Source: Flexistipes sinusarabici DSM 4947
GTDB taxonomy: Bacteria > Chrysiogenota > Deferribacteres > Deferribacterales > Flexistipitaceae
DNA length: 64,000 nucleotides
Assembly (NCBI RefSeq): GCF_000218625.1
Contig: NC_015672.1
Span: forward strand, 1,647,451-1,711,450
Direction of reading: 5' to 3'
Position 1 is the first letter of the stretch, and every line of letters begins with the position of its first letter. Both the position numbers and the translations under genes were made by a program. The notes under the pieces are model-generated. The model made no database searches, had not been told where the DNA came from, and was given only the letters and a program-made list of their open reading frames with translations. Positions 52,780 through 62,774 of the stretch are shown one piece after another.

Positions 52780-55700
52780 ATGAAATCAGTCTTAAAGTCT
52801 TTGGAAAACATCTGTTCTAAAAATATTACAAAGCGAAAAATACTTGTGATGCCGAGTTACACAGAAGGCTTAAGCCTATTGAATGCTCTTGCTCTTAACA
52901 ATGTAAATATCGCCAATATAAAAGTAGAAACACCCTTAAGTCTCGCAAAAGATATTTCAAAAATGAGCCTATATAAATCCGGCAAAGATTTTTTAGACAG
53001 ATCAAGTGCAAGATATGTTGTTTTAAACTTATTTAACCAGCTTCTGACAGAGAATAAGCTTAAATATTTTCAACAATTATCACCATCTGTAGGGGTAATC
53101 AGTGAATTGGAAAACGTTTTATATGAACTCAGAATTACAGATTACACCCATATAAATTTTCCTGTAAATTCTTTTATAGATCCTGAAAAAGAACACGACA
53201 TTAAAACATTACTGCAAAAATACGAAAACTATCTTGAAAATAATAACCGCATCGATGAGCCAGGTTTGTATAAACATAGCATACAAATGTTGCAAAAAGA
53301 CAGCTTTCATAAAGACAAGCTTTTTCTGATACCGGCTAATCTGGAACTGCCTTTACTCTCCAAAAGTTTTATCTCAATGCTTACGAAAAATAATCATGAA
53401 ATTATAAAATTCGCACAATTAAAAAGCTTAAATGTCCCTGAAAATTATTACTCAAATAATCCATATTCGGATACAATAGATAACTGCTTCAGCTGGCTTT
53501 ATGAGCTTAATAATTCCGAAAATTTGGACAAAAACCCCGGTTTTGAAATATACAGAGCATACGGCGAGTCAAATGAAGCCAAAAAAGTGATAAGAGTACT
53601 CAAGAGAGATGCAATAAATCTTGATGATGCTGTTATTTATACGACCTCTTCCCAACTGTATAATCAAATTCTCTATGATTTATCATGCACATACAATATT
53701 CCCATGACTTTTGAGGAAGGGATAAGTGTATCAAATACTTCTCCCGGTAAGCTTTTATTATCAGTTCTGGAATGGATTTCAGAGAAATACAGTGTTCCAA
53801 AATTTTGTACAATGTCCACAGGGGGATTTTTCAAATTTAGCAACAATGAAATCTCACCATTAAAAATAAGTAAAATACTTAAAGAAAGCAAGATTGCCTG
53901 GGGCAAAAAACGGTATAAAAAAATATTGGAGAATGAGTTAACGAACACTACAAATGATTATAAAATAGAAATTTTAAATGTCGTTCTTTCAGAGCTTAAT
54001 AGTATTTTTGACGAAATACCCGATACAGAAAACACTTCATCTATATCTTTATCTGAGTTTTCGAAAGGCTTAGTAAACATACTAAACAAACATACCCGAA
54101 TAAGAAATGAGACAGACGCATCAGCTTTAACCACACTTACCGAAAATCTTTCAAACTTGGCAGATTATTCAACACAGGAATTTCAGGAAAAAGAAATAAT
54201 AAAGATGCTTAAAAAACTTGTATATGGCATTAATATTAATGCCTCCTCAGCCAAGCCCGGTCATATTCATGTCACTAATTTTCAAAACGGAATCTGGCAT
54301 AACAGAAAGCACAATTTCATTTTAGGTCTTGATGCTGAAAAATTCCCCGGTAAAGGTGGTGAAAGCCCGTTTTTGCTTGATATGGAAAAGGAGCGTATTG
54401 GAAAAATTCAGACAAGTATTCAAAGGAAAAGCAGAAATATTTATAAAATGACAGAACTTCTTGCTAACACAAATGGCAAAATATATGCAATGTTCACCAA
54501 TTACGATACTGAGGCGGCGAGGCTCCAATCCCCATCCTCTTTACTACTGCAAATTTACAGACTACAGGAAAAGCTTGATAAAAGCACACCGGATAAAGAG
54601 CACATCGAAAGCTATCTGCCTTTTAAAAATAGTGAGAAAGAGATTCTTGATGAGACAGAATTATGGTTGCACAAAGCTTTTTATTCCGGTGGTATCAAAA
54701 ACAATGAAGAAATATTCCCTTCTGTTTACCCTGTATTTAATAAAGGTCTTTTTGCATTAAGTGAAAGGCAAAGCAGCATAAATGAGTATAACGGCTGTGA
54801 GTTAAACATAAGTGATGAAATTGTTAATAAATTACTTTATGAAAAGACCTTCTCAAACTCAAAACTTGAAACAATGGGCAGTTGTCCCCTCCGATTTTTC
54901 TTTCAACATATACTCTATCTAAAACCTCTTGAGGAATATGAGTATGACCCGTGGAGGTGGCTGGATCCTTTGGAAAGAGGAACGTTATTACACAGGATTT
55001 TTGAGCTGTTTTATAAAGAATTAATAAATAAAAAAGAAATGCCGGAATTAGATAAGCATATGGGTTTGTTAGAAAATATAGCAAAAACGGAAACTGAAGA
55101 ATTAAAAGATTTATTACAGCCTCCAAGTGAAACTGTATATGAAAGTGAATTTAATGAAATTTTAGATTCCTGCCGTATATTTCTCCAGAAAGAATCCACC
55201 AAATTATCCAAAGAAGGTCATCCTCTATATTTAGAGCTTTATTTCGGTAATTACCCCGAAAGTGAAGGTTCCAGTTTCCCGACGGCTGTGTTTACATTGC
55301 CATCAGGCAGAAAAATACAGCTTAGCGGTAGAATCGACAGGATTGATCAGTTAAATAACGGAAGCTATAAAATAATTGACTATAAGACAGGAAGTACCAG
55401 AGATTACAGCAGTAATGAATATTTCAAAAAGGGTAAACAGCTTCAACACGCTTTATATTCTTTGGCTTTCGAAAAGCTCATGGGGAATAAATACAAAATT
55501 TCACAATCCGGATACTATTTTCCAACAACCAAAGGCGAAGGCTCAGAATACATGTATCCACCAAGTGACGGAAAACATAAAAGAGAAGAAGTATTGGAAA
55601 TCGTTGACATTCTTCTTGATAATATTGAGAACCGTTTCTTCCCGCCCGTTAAGTATGATAACAAAAATGATTCATGTAGATTCTGCGACTATAAAGAGAT

Positions 55701-55797
55701 ATGCGATAGAGAAAAAAATGATTCATTAACAAAGATGCTGGAATATGAGGAAAACAAATACCTTCAAAATTACAGGAGGATTGAAAGCTATGAGTGA
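52780..55797 (+). CDS. addB: AddB/RexB-like helicase-nuclease subunit (no Walker A; RecB nuclease plus Fe-S cysteines)
   Basis: C-terminal PD-(D/E)XK (GRIDRIDQL...YKIIDYKTGS). Cysteines GSCPLRF...CRFCDYKEIC. Confidence 0.65.
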   Translation: MKSVLKSLENICSKNITKRKILVMPSYTEGLSLLNALALNNVNIANIKVETPLSLAKDISKMSLYKSGKDFLDRSSARYVVLNLFNQLLTENKLKYFQQLSPSVGVISELENVLYELRITDYTHINFPVNSFIDPEKEHDIKTLLQKYENYLENNNRIDEPGLYKHSIQMLQKDSFHKDKLFLIPANLELPLLSKSFISMLTKNNHEIIKFAQLKSLNVPENYYSNNPYSDTIDNCFSWLYELNNSENLDKNPGFEIYRAYGESNEAKKVIRVLKRDAINLDDAVIYTTSSQLYNQILYDLSCTYNIPMTFEEGISVSNTSPGKLLLSVLEWISEKYSVPKFCTMSTGGFFKFSNNEISPLKISKILKESKIAWGKKRYKKILENELTNTTNDYKIEILNVVLSELNSIFDEIPDTENTSSISLSEFSKGLVNILNKHTRIRNETDASALTTLTENLSNLADYSTQEFQEKEIIKMLKKLVYGININASSAKPGHIHVTNFQNGIWHNRKHNFILGLDAEKFPGKGGESPFLLDMEKERIGKIQTSIQRKSRNIYKMTELLANTNGKIYAMFTNYDTEAARLQSPSSLLLQIYRLQEKLDKSTPDKEHIESYLPFKNSEKEILDETELWLHKAFYSGGIKNNEEIFPSVYPVFNKGLFALSERQSSINEYNGCELNISDEIVNKLLYEKTFSNSKLETMGSCPLRFFFQHILYLKPLEEYEYDPWRWLDPLERGTLLHRIFELFYKELINKKEMPELDKHMGLLENIAKTETEELKDLLQPPSETVYESEFNEILDSCRIFLQKESTKLSKEGHPLYLELYFGNYPESEGSSFPTAVFTLPSGRKIQLSGRIDRIDQLNNGSYKIIDYKTGSTRDYSSNEYFKKGKQLQHALYSLAFEKLMGNKYKISQSGYYFPTTKGEGSEYMYPPSDGKHKREEVLEIVDILLDNIENRFFPPVKYDNKNDSCRFCDYKEICDREKNDSLTKMLEYEENKYLQNYRRIESYE

Positions 55798-58700
55798 TCA
55801 AGCTCTAAAGGACAGTCACGCAAGAAAGAAAATAATAAATGATCTTGATACAAATTTTTTAGTGGAAGCCGGTGCAGGTTCCGGTAAGACTTCAAGCCTT
55901 GTTAAAAGGATTACGTCTTTAATCACTAACGGAAAAAATAAAATCTCAGAAATAGCCGCTATTACTTTTACCAAGAAGGCTGCTTCTGAGCTTATGGAAA
56001 GACTTTTAAATGAATTGGAAGACCGACATAATTCAGAAACAGACCCTACCATAAAAGAGAACCTATATGATGCGATAAACAACTTTGACCAGTGTTTTAC
56101 CGGTACAATACACTCATTTTGCTCCGGCATATTGAGGGAAAGACCTGTGGAGGCTGGAGTTGACCCGGATTTTGATGAAATAGATGATTCAGACGAGTTT
56201 GGTTTGATTACTGAAGTCTGGAACGAGTTTATCAAGTCCACAAGAGCTGAGAATCCTGATATGCTAAAATTGACGGAGAAAATTGGGGTATCGCCTGAAG
56301 AGCTTCAGGATAGTTTTGTTATGCTGAATAAATATCCGGAAATCAAAATACACGCTGAAAAATCTGAAAAACCGGATTTAAAGCCTGCGGTTAAAAAAGT
56401 ATTAGAAATCTGTAAAGAGGCTTCAAAATACATTCCTGATGAAGAACCGGATAAAGGGTACGATGCTTTTCAGAAAAATGTGCAATCAACGCTCAGACTT
56501 TTAGAATATAGAAATCTCTATGAAGATAAGTATGCAATAGAAATATTAACAAAATTTGAGAAAACACCCAAAATAACACAAAACAGATGGCTTGATAAAA
56601 AAACTGCAAAAAATTTCCAGGATGTAATACTGCCGGATTTGGTTGAAAACACTGTTTATCCGGTATTAAGAAAACACAGGGAACATATTTATACTTATTT
56701 TATAGATTTTTTTCAAGATGCACTAACATATTATGAAAACAAGAGGAATCAGGAATCAATTCTGAATTATAACGATCTTCTGACACTTACCTCAAAGATG
56801 CTAAGAAATAATTCAAAAGTAAGAGAATATTTTCAAAATAAATACAAGACAACTCTGGTGGATGAGTTCCAGGATACCGATCCCATACAAGCTGAAATTA
56901 TCATGTATTTGACCGGAGAAGATTTAAAGGAAACCGATTGGAGTAAACTGAGACCCAAAAAAGGCTCACTTTTTGTAGTTGGTGATCCAAAACAGTCAAT
57001 ATACAGATTCAGAAGAGCTGATATAGATATTTATAACTTTGTAAAAGAAATTATTTCACAAACAGGCGGTGAAATACTCGAATTAACTTCCAATTTCAGA
57101 TCATTAAACAGCATAGCTGATTATCTCAATCCTGTTTTTGAAGAAAGGTTTCCTGAGAGTGGTGACAGGTATCAGGCACCTATGGCAAAGATCCGTGCAA
57201 TCCGTGAAAACAATTATGAACACGGTGTAAAAAAGATATTAGTCCAATGTGACTCCAGAAAAAAAGAAGATGTTGTTGAAATTGACGCTGAAAATATAGC
57301 AAGATATATAAAATATGCTGTAGACGGTGGAATAAAATTAGCCCGAAATGAGGAAGAAAAATCTAAAGGACTTAATGAGAAGCCTGTATATTCAGATTTT
57401 TTGATAATAACCAAACATAAAGATTTGCTGGAACAATATGCAAACACACTGGAAAAATACGGAATTCCTTCAACTGTAACCGGTGATGATTTTTTCAGCC
57501 AGTCAGAAGAGATAAACCATATTTATAAGCTCCTTAAATTTCTCAGTAAACCGGATGATGAGATACTCTTAGTATCAGTACTAAGAGGTATGTTTTTCGG
57601 TTTGAGTGATAATGACTTGTACCAGTTTAAAGCATCAAATGGGTATCTCAATATCTTTAGCAGTATACCGGAATCGCTGGATGAAAACATCAAAAATCTT
57701 TTTAATAACTGTTTTTCAACACTTCGCAAATATAAAAAGATTATCAATGAGTTGCCACCATCGTCAGCTTTGGAAACAATCTTTCAGGACTTAGGGATTT
57801 TACCCTATACATCACTGAAGAACTTATCAAAAAGCCGGGCTGCAAACATTTATTTTTTAATAGAACAAGTCAAACAGAAGGAAACTACCGAATTTTACTC
57901 ATTTGGAAATGTAGTCAACCATATAGGCAGATTGTTAGAGTCAAAATTTGAACAGAGAAACAGCCTCGAAGTTGAAAGCAATTGCGTGAGAATAATGAAT
58001 TTGCATAAAGCAAAAGGTTTGGAAGCACCTGTTGTTTTTCTTGCCCACCCTCACAAAAATACTAAACACGACCCAACTCAGCATATTAACAGACGAGAGG
58101 GCGAACCTATAGGTTATTTTGCACTAACTAAAAAGAAAGGGATACACCATAAAAAAATTTTTGCTCAACCTAAAAATTGGGAAGAATTCCAGGAAGAGGA
58201 ACAAAAATTTTTAGATGCTGAATTTGAAAGACTTGTCTATGTGGCAGCAACGAGGGCTAAAAATCTCCTTATAATAAGCTGTAAAGAAAAAGGCAATGGG
58301 AGTCAGAACCCCTGGCTGAGCCTGCTGGGTAATTTAAAAGATGACGATGTAATAGATGTACCTGATGTCAGTATAGAGCATGATTCAGGTGTAAATGAAT
58401 TATCCGTAAAAGATATAAATGATAAAAAAGCTGAGATCAGTCATTGGAGGCATTCTGTGTCAGAAGAGAATTATTCAAACATGACCCCCACAGAAGTAAA
58501 AGATTTGGAAAAAATATTTGCCGGTGAAAGGCTCGAAGGCGGCGGTCAGGACTGGGGTACCGCTGTGCATAATTTTTTAGAGTTTGCTGTAATGACCAAA
58601 GATACCGGATATGAGGATTTGGATACTTATATAAAATTTACTTTTGAAGAGCTGGATATAAGCTCTGACAGAACAGAGGAAGCTAAAAAAATAATAGAAG

Positions 58701-59038
58701 ATTTTAAACAAACAGACTTATTTAACCGAATAAAAAATGCCGAACAAGTGGAGACGGAAGCCCCCATTTCTATGAAAATTAATCCGGAATCCGAAATCAT
58801 GAATTTGTTTAATACTAAAACGAGTAACAAGCCTATAATCCTGGCAGGCGTAATTGACCTTGTGTTTAAAGAAAAGGACGGCTGGGTAATTATAGATTAC
58901 AAAACCGACAGAGTTAATTCCGAAGAAGAATATGAAAAACTCAGGCAGGCCTATTTAAATCAAGTGGAAATTTATGCAAAAGCATGGGAAGAGATAACCG
59001 GTGAAAAAGTAAAAGAGAAAAATATATACTTTGTATGA
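55790..59038 (+). CDS. addA: AddA/RexA-like UvrD-family helicase with C-terminal RecB nuclease
   Basis: Walker A AGAGSGKTS. Motif II LVDEFQDTD. Motif III GDPKQSIYRFRRAD. Motif VI VYVAATRAK. Nuclease GVIDLVF...IIDYKTD. Overlaps the addB stop by 8 nt. Confidence 0.8.
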   Translation: MSDQALKDSHARKKIINDLDTNFLVEAGAGSGKTSSLVKRITSLITNGKNKISEIAAITFTKKAASELMERLLNELEDRHNSETDPTIKENLYDAINNFDQCFTGTIHSFCSGILRERPVEAGVDPDFDEIDDSDEFGLITEVWNEFIKSTRAENPDMLKLTEKIGVSPEELQDSFVMLNKYPEIKIHAEKSEKPDLKPAVKKVLEICKEASKYIPDEEPDKGYDAFQKNVQSTLRLLEYRNLYEDKYAIEILTKFEKTPKITQNRWLDKKTAKNFQDVILPDLVENTVYPVLRKHREHIYTYFIDFFQDALTYYENKRNQESILNYNDLLTLTSKMLRNNSKVREYFQNKYKTTLVDEFQDTDPIQAEIIMYLTGEDLKETDWSKLRPKKGSLFVVGDPKQSIYRFRRADIDIYNFVKEIISQTGGEILELTSNFRSLNSIADYLNPVFEERFPESGDRYQAPMAKIRAIRENNYEHGVKKILVQCDSRKKEDVVEIDAENIARYIKYAVDGGIKLARNEEEKSKGLNEKPVYSDFLIITKHKDLLEQYANTLEKYGIPSTVTGDDFFSQSEEINHIYKLLKFLSKPDDEILLVSVLRGMFFGLSDNDLYQFKASNGYLNIFSSIPESLDENIKNLFNNCFSTLRKYKKIINELPPSSALETIFQDLGILPYTSLKNLSKSRAANIYFLIEQVKQKETTEFYSFGNVVNHIGRLLESKFEQRNSLEVESNCVRIMNLHKAKGLEAPVVFLAHPHKNTKHDPTQHINRREGEPIGYFALTKKKGIHHKKIFAQPKNWEEFQEEEQKFLDAEFERLVYVAATRAKNLLIISCKEKGNGSQNPWLSLLGNLKDDDVIDVPDVSIEHDSGVNELSVKDINDKKAEISHWRHSVSEENYSNMTPTEVKDLEKIFAGERLEGGGQDWGTAVHNFLEFAVMTKDTGYEDLDTYIKFTFEELDISSDRTEEAKKIIEDFKQTDLFNRIKNAEQVETEAPISMKINPESEIMNLFNTKTSNKPIILAGVIDLVFKEKDGWVIIDYKTDRVNSEEEYEKLRQAYLNQVEIYAKAWEEITGEKVKEKNIYFV

Positions 59039-59052
59039 GTTTTAAGAATTAA

Positions 59053-59067
59053 CGTCAATACCTGACG
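59053..59067. promoter_or_regulatory. CGTC-N7-GACG palindrome (cgtcaatacctgacg) after the AddA-like gene and upstream of vapBC
   Basis: Reverse complement of 52678-52692. Confidence 0.5.
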
Positions 59068-59163
59068 CAATCCTCTTTAATAATAATTTTCACTTGAAGA
59101 TTGCATAATAAGCTTAAAAAGTATATATTGAAGTATATACTTTTCAAAAAGGAGTTATTAATA

Positions 59164-59391
59164 ATGGATACTGCAAAAATATTTGAAAACGGAAAAAGTC
59201 AGGCTGTCAGGTTACCCAAAAAATACAGGTTTGACAGCGATGATGTGTTTATAAAAAAAATTGATGACATCGTTGTATTAATTCCTAAAGATAAAGTCTG
59301 GCAAATTTTTAGTTCATCTTTGGACAAATTTTCGGAAGATGTAGATTTTCAAAAAGACAATTCTATACCACAGGAAAGAGAAGAAATATAA
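59164..59391 (+). CDS. vapB: VapB-type antitoxin (AbrB/SpoVT-like)
   Basis: MDTAKIFENGKSQAVRLPKKYRF. Stop overlaps the PIN toxin start. Confidence 0.65.
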   Translation: MDTAKIFENGKSQAVRLPKKYRFDSDDVFIKKIDDIVVLIPKDKVWQIFSSSLDKFSEDVDFQKDNSIPQEREEI

Positions 59392-59793
59392 ATGTCTTAC
59401 CTTTTTGATACAAACATATGTATTTACATCATAAAAAATAAGTACAAACAAATTGCAAAAAAAATGCAGGAAGCTGGATTAGAAAAAATTTGTATCTCTG
59501 CTATTACCGTTGCAGAGTTAGAATACGGTATATCAAAAAGCTCCAAAAAGGACGAAAACAGGATTGCGTTGCTGGAATTCCTTATTCCGTTTACAGTATT
59601 AAATTTTGATCAAAATGATGCCAGAAAATACGGTCAAATCAGGTACAATTTGCAAAAAGCAGGCACACCTATTGGTAACATGGATTTGCTTATTGGATCC
59701 CAGGCTTTGGCAAGAGATATGACTCTGATAACAAATAACGAAAAAGAATTCAGCCGGATACAAGGGTTAAAAATAGAAAACTGGATTAAATAG
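59392..59793 (+). CDS. vapC: VapC PIN-domain toxin
   Basis: PIN motifs LFDTNICIY, ...TNNEKEF. Confidence 0.8.
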   Translation: MSYLFDTNICIYIIKNKYKQIAKKMQEAGLEKICISAITVAELEYGISKSSKKDENRIALLEFLIPFTVLNFDQNDARKYGQIRYNLQKAGTPIGNMDLLIGSQALARDMTLITNNEKEFSRIQGLKIENWIK

Positions 59794-59814
59794 AAATTTT
59801 ATACGGAGAATCTC

Positions 59815-60261
59815 ATGTCTGACATATGTTTTTTAAGACCAACAGCAGCAAAGCGTATTGAAAACTGGCTTAACAGCAACAATTACTCATTACATAACGG
59901 TTATTTTACGCTGGAGTACAATTTTTCTCCGATTGTAGATGATGGAATTATTCTGAGTTTTATTGATAACAAAACGGGCGATATTCACAAATTAGTTGTA
60001 CAGGATGATATTGAAGGTATTATTGAACCTGATGAAGAATGTTCAGTATCACAAATAAGTATTGATTACATCCCCCTATCCCTTGAGCTTACTCCGGAAA
60101 CTTTGGAAAAATTTTCAGAAATAGAATCAAGAAAATTTGAGGCGGAAGTTGAAGAGTTAGTAGAACCTGTAGGTTGCGGAATAAAATTTGAAATCTATTC
60201 AGACAGCTATGCAATTTTCGCCTGCAAAAAGGAATTGCAACGCACTCAAATCGGAGAATAA
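59815..60261 (+). CDS. Hypothetical protein, 148 aa
   Basis: ORF only. Confidence 0.4.
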   Translation: MSDICFLRPTAAKRIENWLNSNNYSLHNGYFTLEYNFSPIVDDGIILSFIDNKTGDIHKLVVQDDIEGIIEPDEECSVSQISIDYIPLSLELTPETLEKFSEIESRKFEAEVEELVEPVGCGIKFEIYSDSYAIFACKKELQRTQIGE

Positions 60262-60271
60262 TCCTTTATTC

Positions 60272-61819
60272 TAGTTAACCCTGAAAAAGGTATATTTTCT
60301 TAAAATTTGCCAATATTTTTGTTTATTAAATGTAAACTATACATATATTTTGGCATACTTTTTATCCAGAAACACTTCGTTTGCAAAATTTGCTAATTTT
60401 TTTGCAATATTATCCATAAATTTTTTGAGAAAAAATAAAAGAAAGGCCAGTATCAGCCTTAGGTTATGACCACTTGCCGCCAAAATTGCATTAGCTTTAT
60501 CTCCCTCTTTGCCTTTCAGATAATTTCTGTCCATCCGGTTATCTCGCTTAGTATGACCTATCGTCGCCTCAACACAACTTCGTCTTTTCAATAACCTCTT
60601 AAAATTAACTTTGAATTTCTTCATACTGCGTGGAACTACATGGACTTTTGCATCCCCTCTATAATTGTGCTTCCTGTAACCCAAATCTACCAATATCGTA
60701 TCTATTGTACCGTTACTACCCAAAAGGGTTTTTGCTTCACATAAATTCTCTTCTAATGTATGACCGTCATAAGGATTGCCGTGAAATGATTTGCAACTCA
60801 GTATAAAATTCTTCTTCAATGTACCAACAAAACCTACTTTGTTACCAAACTCATACCTCTTATGGCTCTTGCCCTTGCTAATGCACTCAACCTCTGGACT
60901 GTGAAGACTGTAAAGTTTGTTCTTGCTCTTTTTACTCCGATTCCACAAACTCTCGTAAAATAACTTTAGCTGTTGAAACTCATCCGAATTCCTCAATTCC
61001 TCAGGTAAAACCCTTTCTATAGAACGATATAATTTGCCCATCTTTGTCTTCATCTTTTTTACTGCCTTACCCGCTCTCTTGTACTGTTTCGCATGAACAT
61101 AGCCACTATATTTCATCAATAGCTTCTTGCCGGAATATTCATGTGTCTCCTTTAACCTTATCTCATGCTTCTTTGAAAATTTCACAAGATATTTGATCAT
61201 TGTATAAAAAAGTTTTATGTCCGTTGGAAACGTTATGTTCTTTTCCTGCACCGTCGTATCTGCAGCTACTTTCTTTACGTCATTCTTATTAAGATAACCA
61301 CTACGAAAAGCAGTGTTAATTGTCTCCTCTAAAAACTTCAACAAATCTTCTTCTTTTAAACGATTCCGAAATCTTGTCATGCTGGTTGGATTTATCGGCA
61401 CCTTTGTCTGGAATACCTTTTCTCCAGTGAAGTACTGCCAGTAAGGGTTTTCTTTCCAGCCATGCACCACGTCTTCATCACTCAAATTGTACGTGTATTT
61501 CAAATAATGAAACCCAACCATCATACGCATTGGAATTCCTGGGCGACCATCGTTACGGTGATAAAGACTGCCAAATTCTTTCTCAAAATATTCCCAGTCT
61601 ATTTTATCTGCTAATTGTATTAATGGATGTTTCATATCTATAATGTTAACAAGCAGTGGTTCTAAAAGCTCTTGTGTCGTCGAATCTTGCTTCTTAGGAC
61701 GCATATAATCCCCCGGGTTTTTTGCTTATTCCTTTACTTTTCTGTGGGATTACTTTAGCATATTTCCTTGGTTAACTCAAGTATTATCAAATAGTTATCT
61801 AGTTTCTCAGGGCTAACTA
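60272..61819 (-). mobile_element. IS5-family (IS1182-like) insertion sequence
   Basis: Terminal inverted repeats tagttaaccctgaaaaa (60272-60288) and tttctcagggctaacta (61803-61819). Single DDE transposase gene. Confidence 0.65.
60337..61704 (-). CDS. IS5-family DDE transposase
   Basis: InsH-N-like region (GRPGIPMRMMVGFHYLKYTYNLSDEDVV). DDE region (DLGY...NLRLIL). Confidence 0.8.
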   Translation of the reverse strand: MRPKKQDSTTQELLEPLLVNIIDMKHPLIQLADKIDWEYFEKEFGSLYHRNDGRPGIPMRMMVGFHYLKYTYNLSDEDVVHGWKENPYWQYFTGEKVFQTKVPINPTSMTRFRNRLKEEDLLKFLEETINTAFRSGYLNKNDVKKVAADTTVQEKNITFPTDIKLFYTMIKYLVKFSKKHEIRLKETHEYSGKKLLMKYSGYVHAKQYKRAGKAVKKMKTKMGKLYRSIERVLPEELRNSDEFQQLKLFYESLWNRSKKSKNKLYSLHSPEVECISKGKSHKRYEFGNKVGFVGTLKKNFILSCKSFHGNPYDGHTLEENLCEAKTLLGSNGTIDTILVDLGYRKHNYRGDAKVHVVPRSMKKFKVNFKRLLKRRSCVEATIGHTKRDNRMDRNYLKGKEGDKANAILAASGHNLRLILAFLLFFLKKFMDNIAKKLANFANEVFLDKKYAKIYV

Positions 61820-61885
61820 ACTAAATAAGCACTGTTTTTGAAAACTGCCGTCTGTCTTTAACTTCTGTTTGCTGTACTCTGTTAT

Positions 61886-62121
61886 GTCGTAATCCCTTCA
61901 AAACATTTGCGCAATATCTCATCGCAAATGTTTCTGTTCAGAGCTTGCTGGAAATCAGGTCATTAATTCCAATAGTATATCTTAACTTAACAAATGGATT
62001 AGAAGACTTTTGTCGTAATCCCTTCAAATCAGGTCATTAATTCCAATTCGGGTGCTGCGTATTATGCAACTGCTCCCACGGAAGGGGTCGTAATCCCTTC
62101 TAATCAGGTCAATTCCGAAAA
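61886..62121 (+). CRISPR. CRISPR mini-array A: interrupted first repeat, one canonical repeat, degenerate terminal repeat
   Basis: 36-nt repeat GTCGTAATCCCTTC(T/A)A(A/G)TCAGGTCAT(GG/TA/GA)ATTCCAAT. Spacers of 38-39 nt. Terminal repeat degenerate (gtcgtaatcccttctaatcaggtcaattccgaaaat). Confidence 0.8.
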
Positions 62122-62318
62122 TAGGTTTTAGGTTTTAGGTTTTGGGTTTTAGGGAAAGCAGGGTTGCAAATCTTTCGAGCAGGGAATTGGCTTCGCCAAC
62201 GTATCTCGTCTCACGCAAAAAACAACTAAAGCTGAAAACAAATAATCTTTGAAATCTACGTGAACATTAAAAACGTTGAACATTGAACGTGGAACGCTGG
62301 CACGACAGTGCCAGATCT

Positions 62319-62774
62319 GTTGTAATCCCTTCAAAACCCAGCCATCATATAATCGGCTGGGTTTCTGGTCCGAGCTTGCTGGAAATCAGGTCATGGATTC
62401 CAATGGTATAGATAATAAAAAAATTGTCCATGTATTTGATATAGTCGTAATCCCTTCTAATCAGGTCATTAATTCCAATAATAAACTATCCAAGAACTTT
62501 TGGAATTGAGATAGAAGTCGTAATCCCTTCAAGTCAGGTCATGAATTCCAATTGGTTCAGTACAAAAATAGCCATAAAAAAGCCATTAAAAGTCGTAATC
62601 CCTTCAAGTCAGGTCATGAATTCCAATATCCGACCAAATTCCATGGTCGGAGCTCTCTTCAGCTATGTCGTAATCCCTTCAAGTCAGGTCATGAATTCCA
62701 ATAAATTTCCGGACTGAGGCAATTAGGATGGCAAAAAAAGTCGTAATCCCTTCTAATCAGGTCAATTCCGAAAA
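62319..62774 (+). CRISPR. CRISPR mini-array B: leader copy 1 (62110-62318), interrupted first repeat, 4 repeats, degenerate terminal repeat
   Basis: Repeats at 62319-62404 (86 nt, interrupted), 62444, 62517, 62592, 62667, 62740 (degenerate). Spacers of 37-39 nt. Confidence 0.85.
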
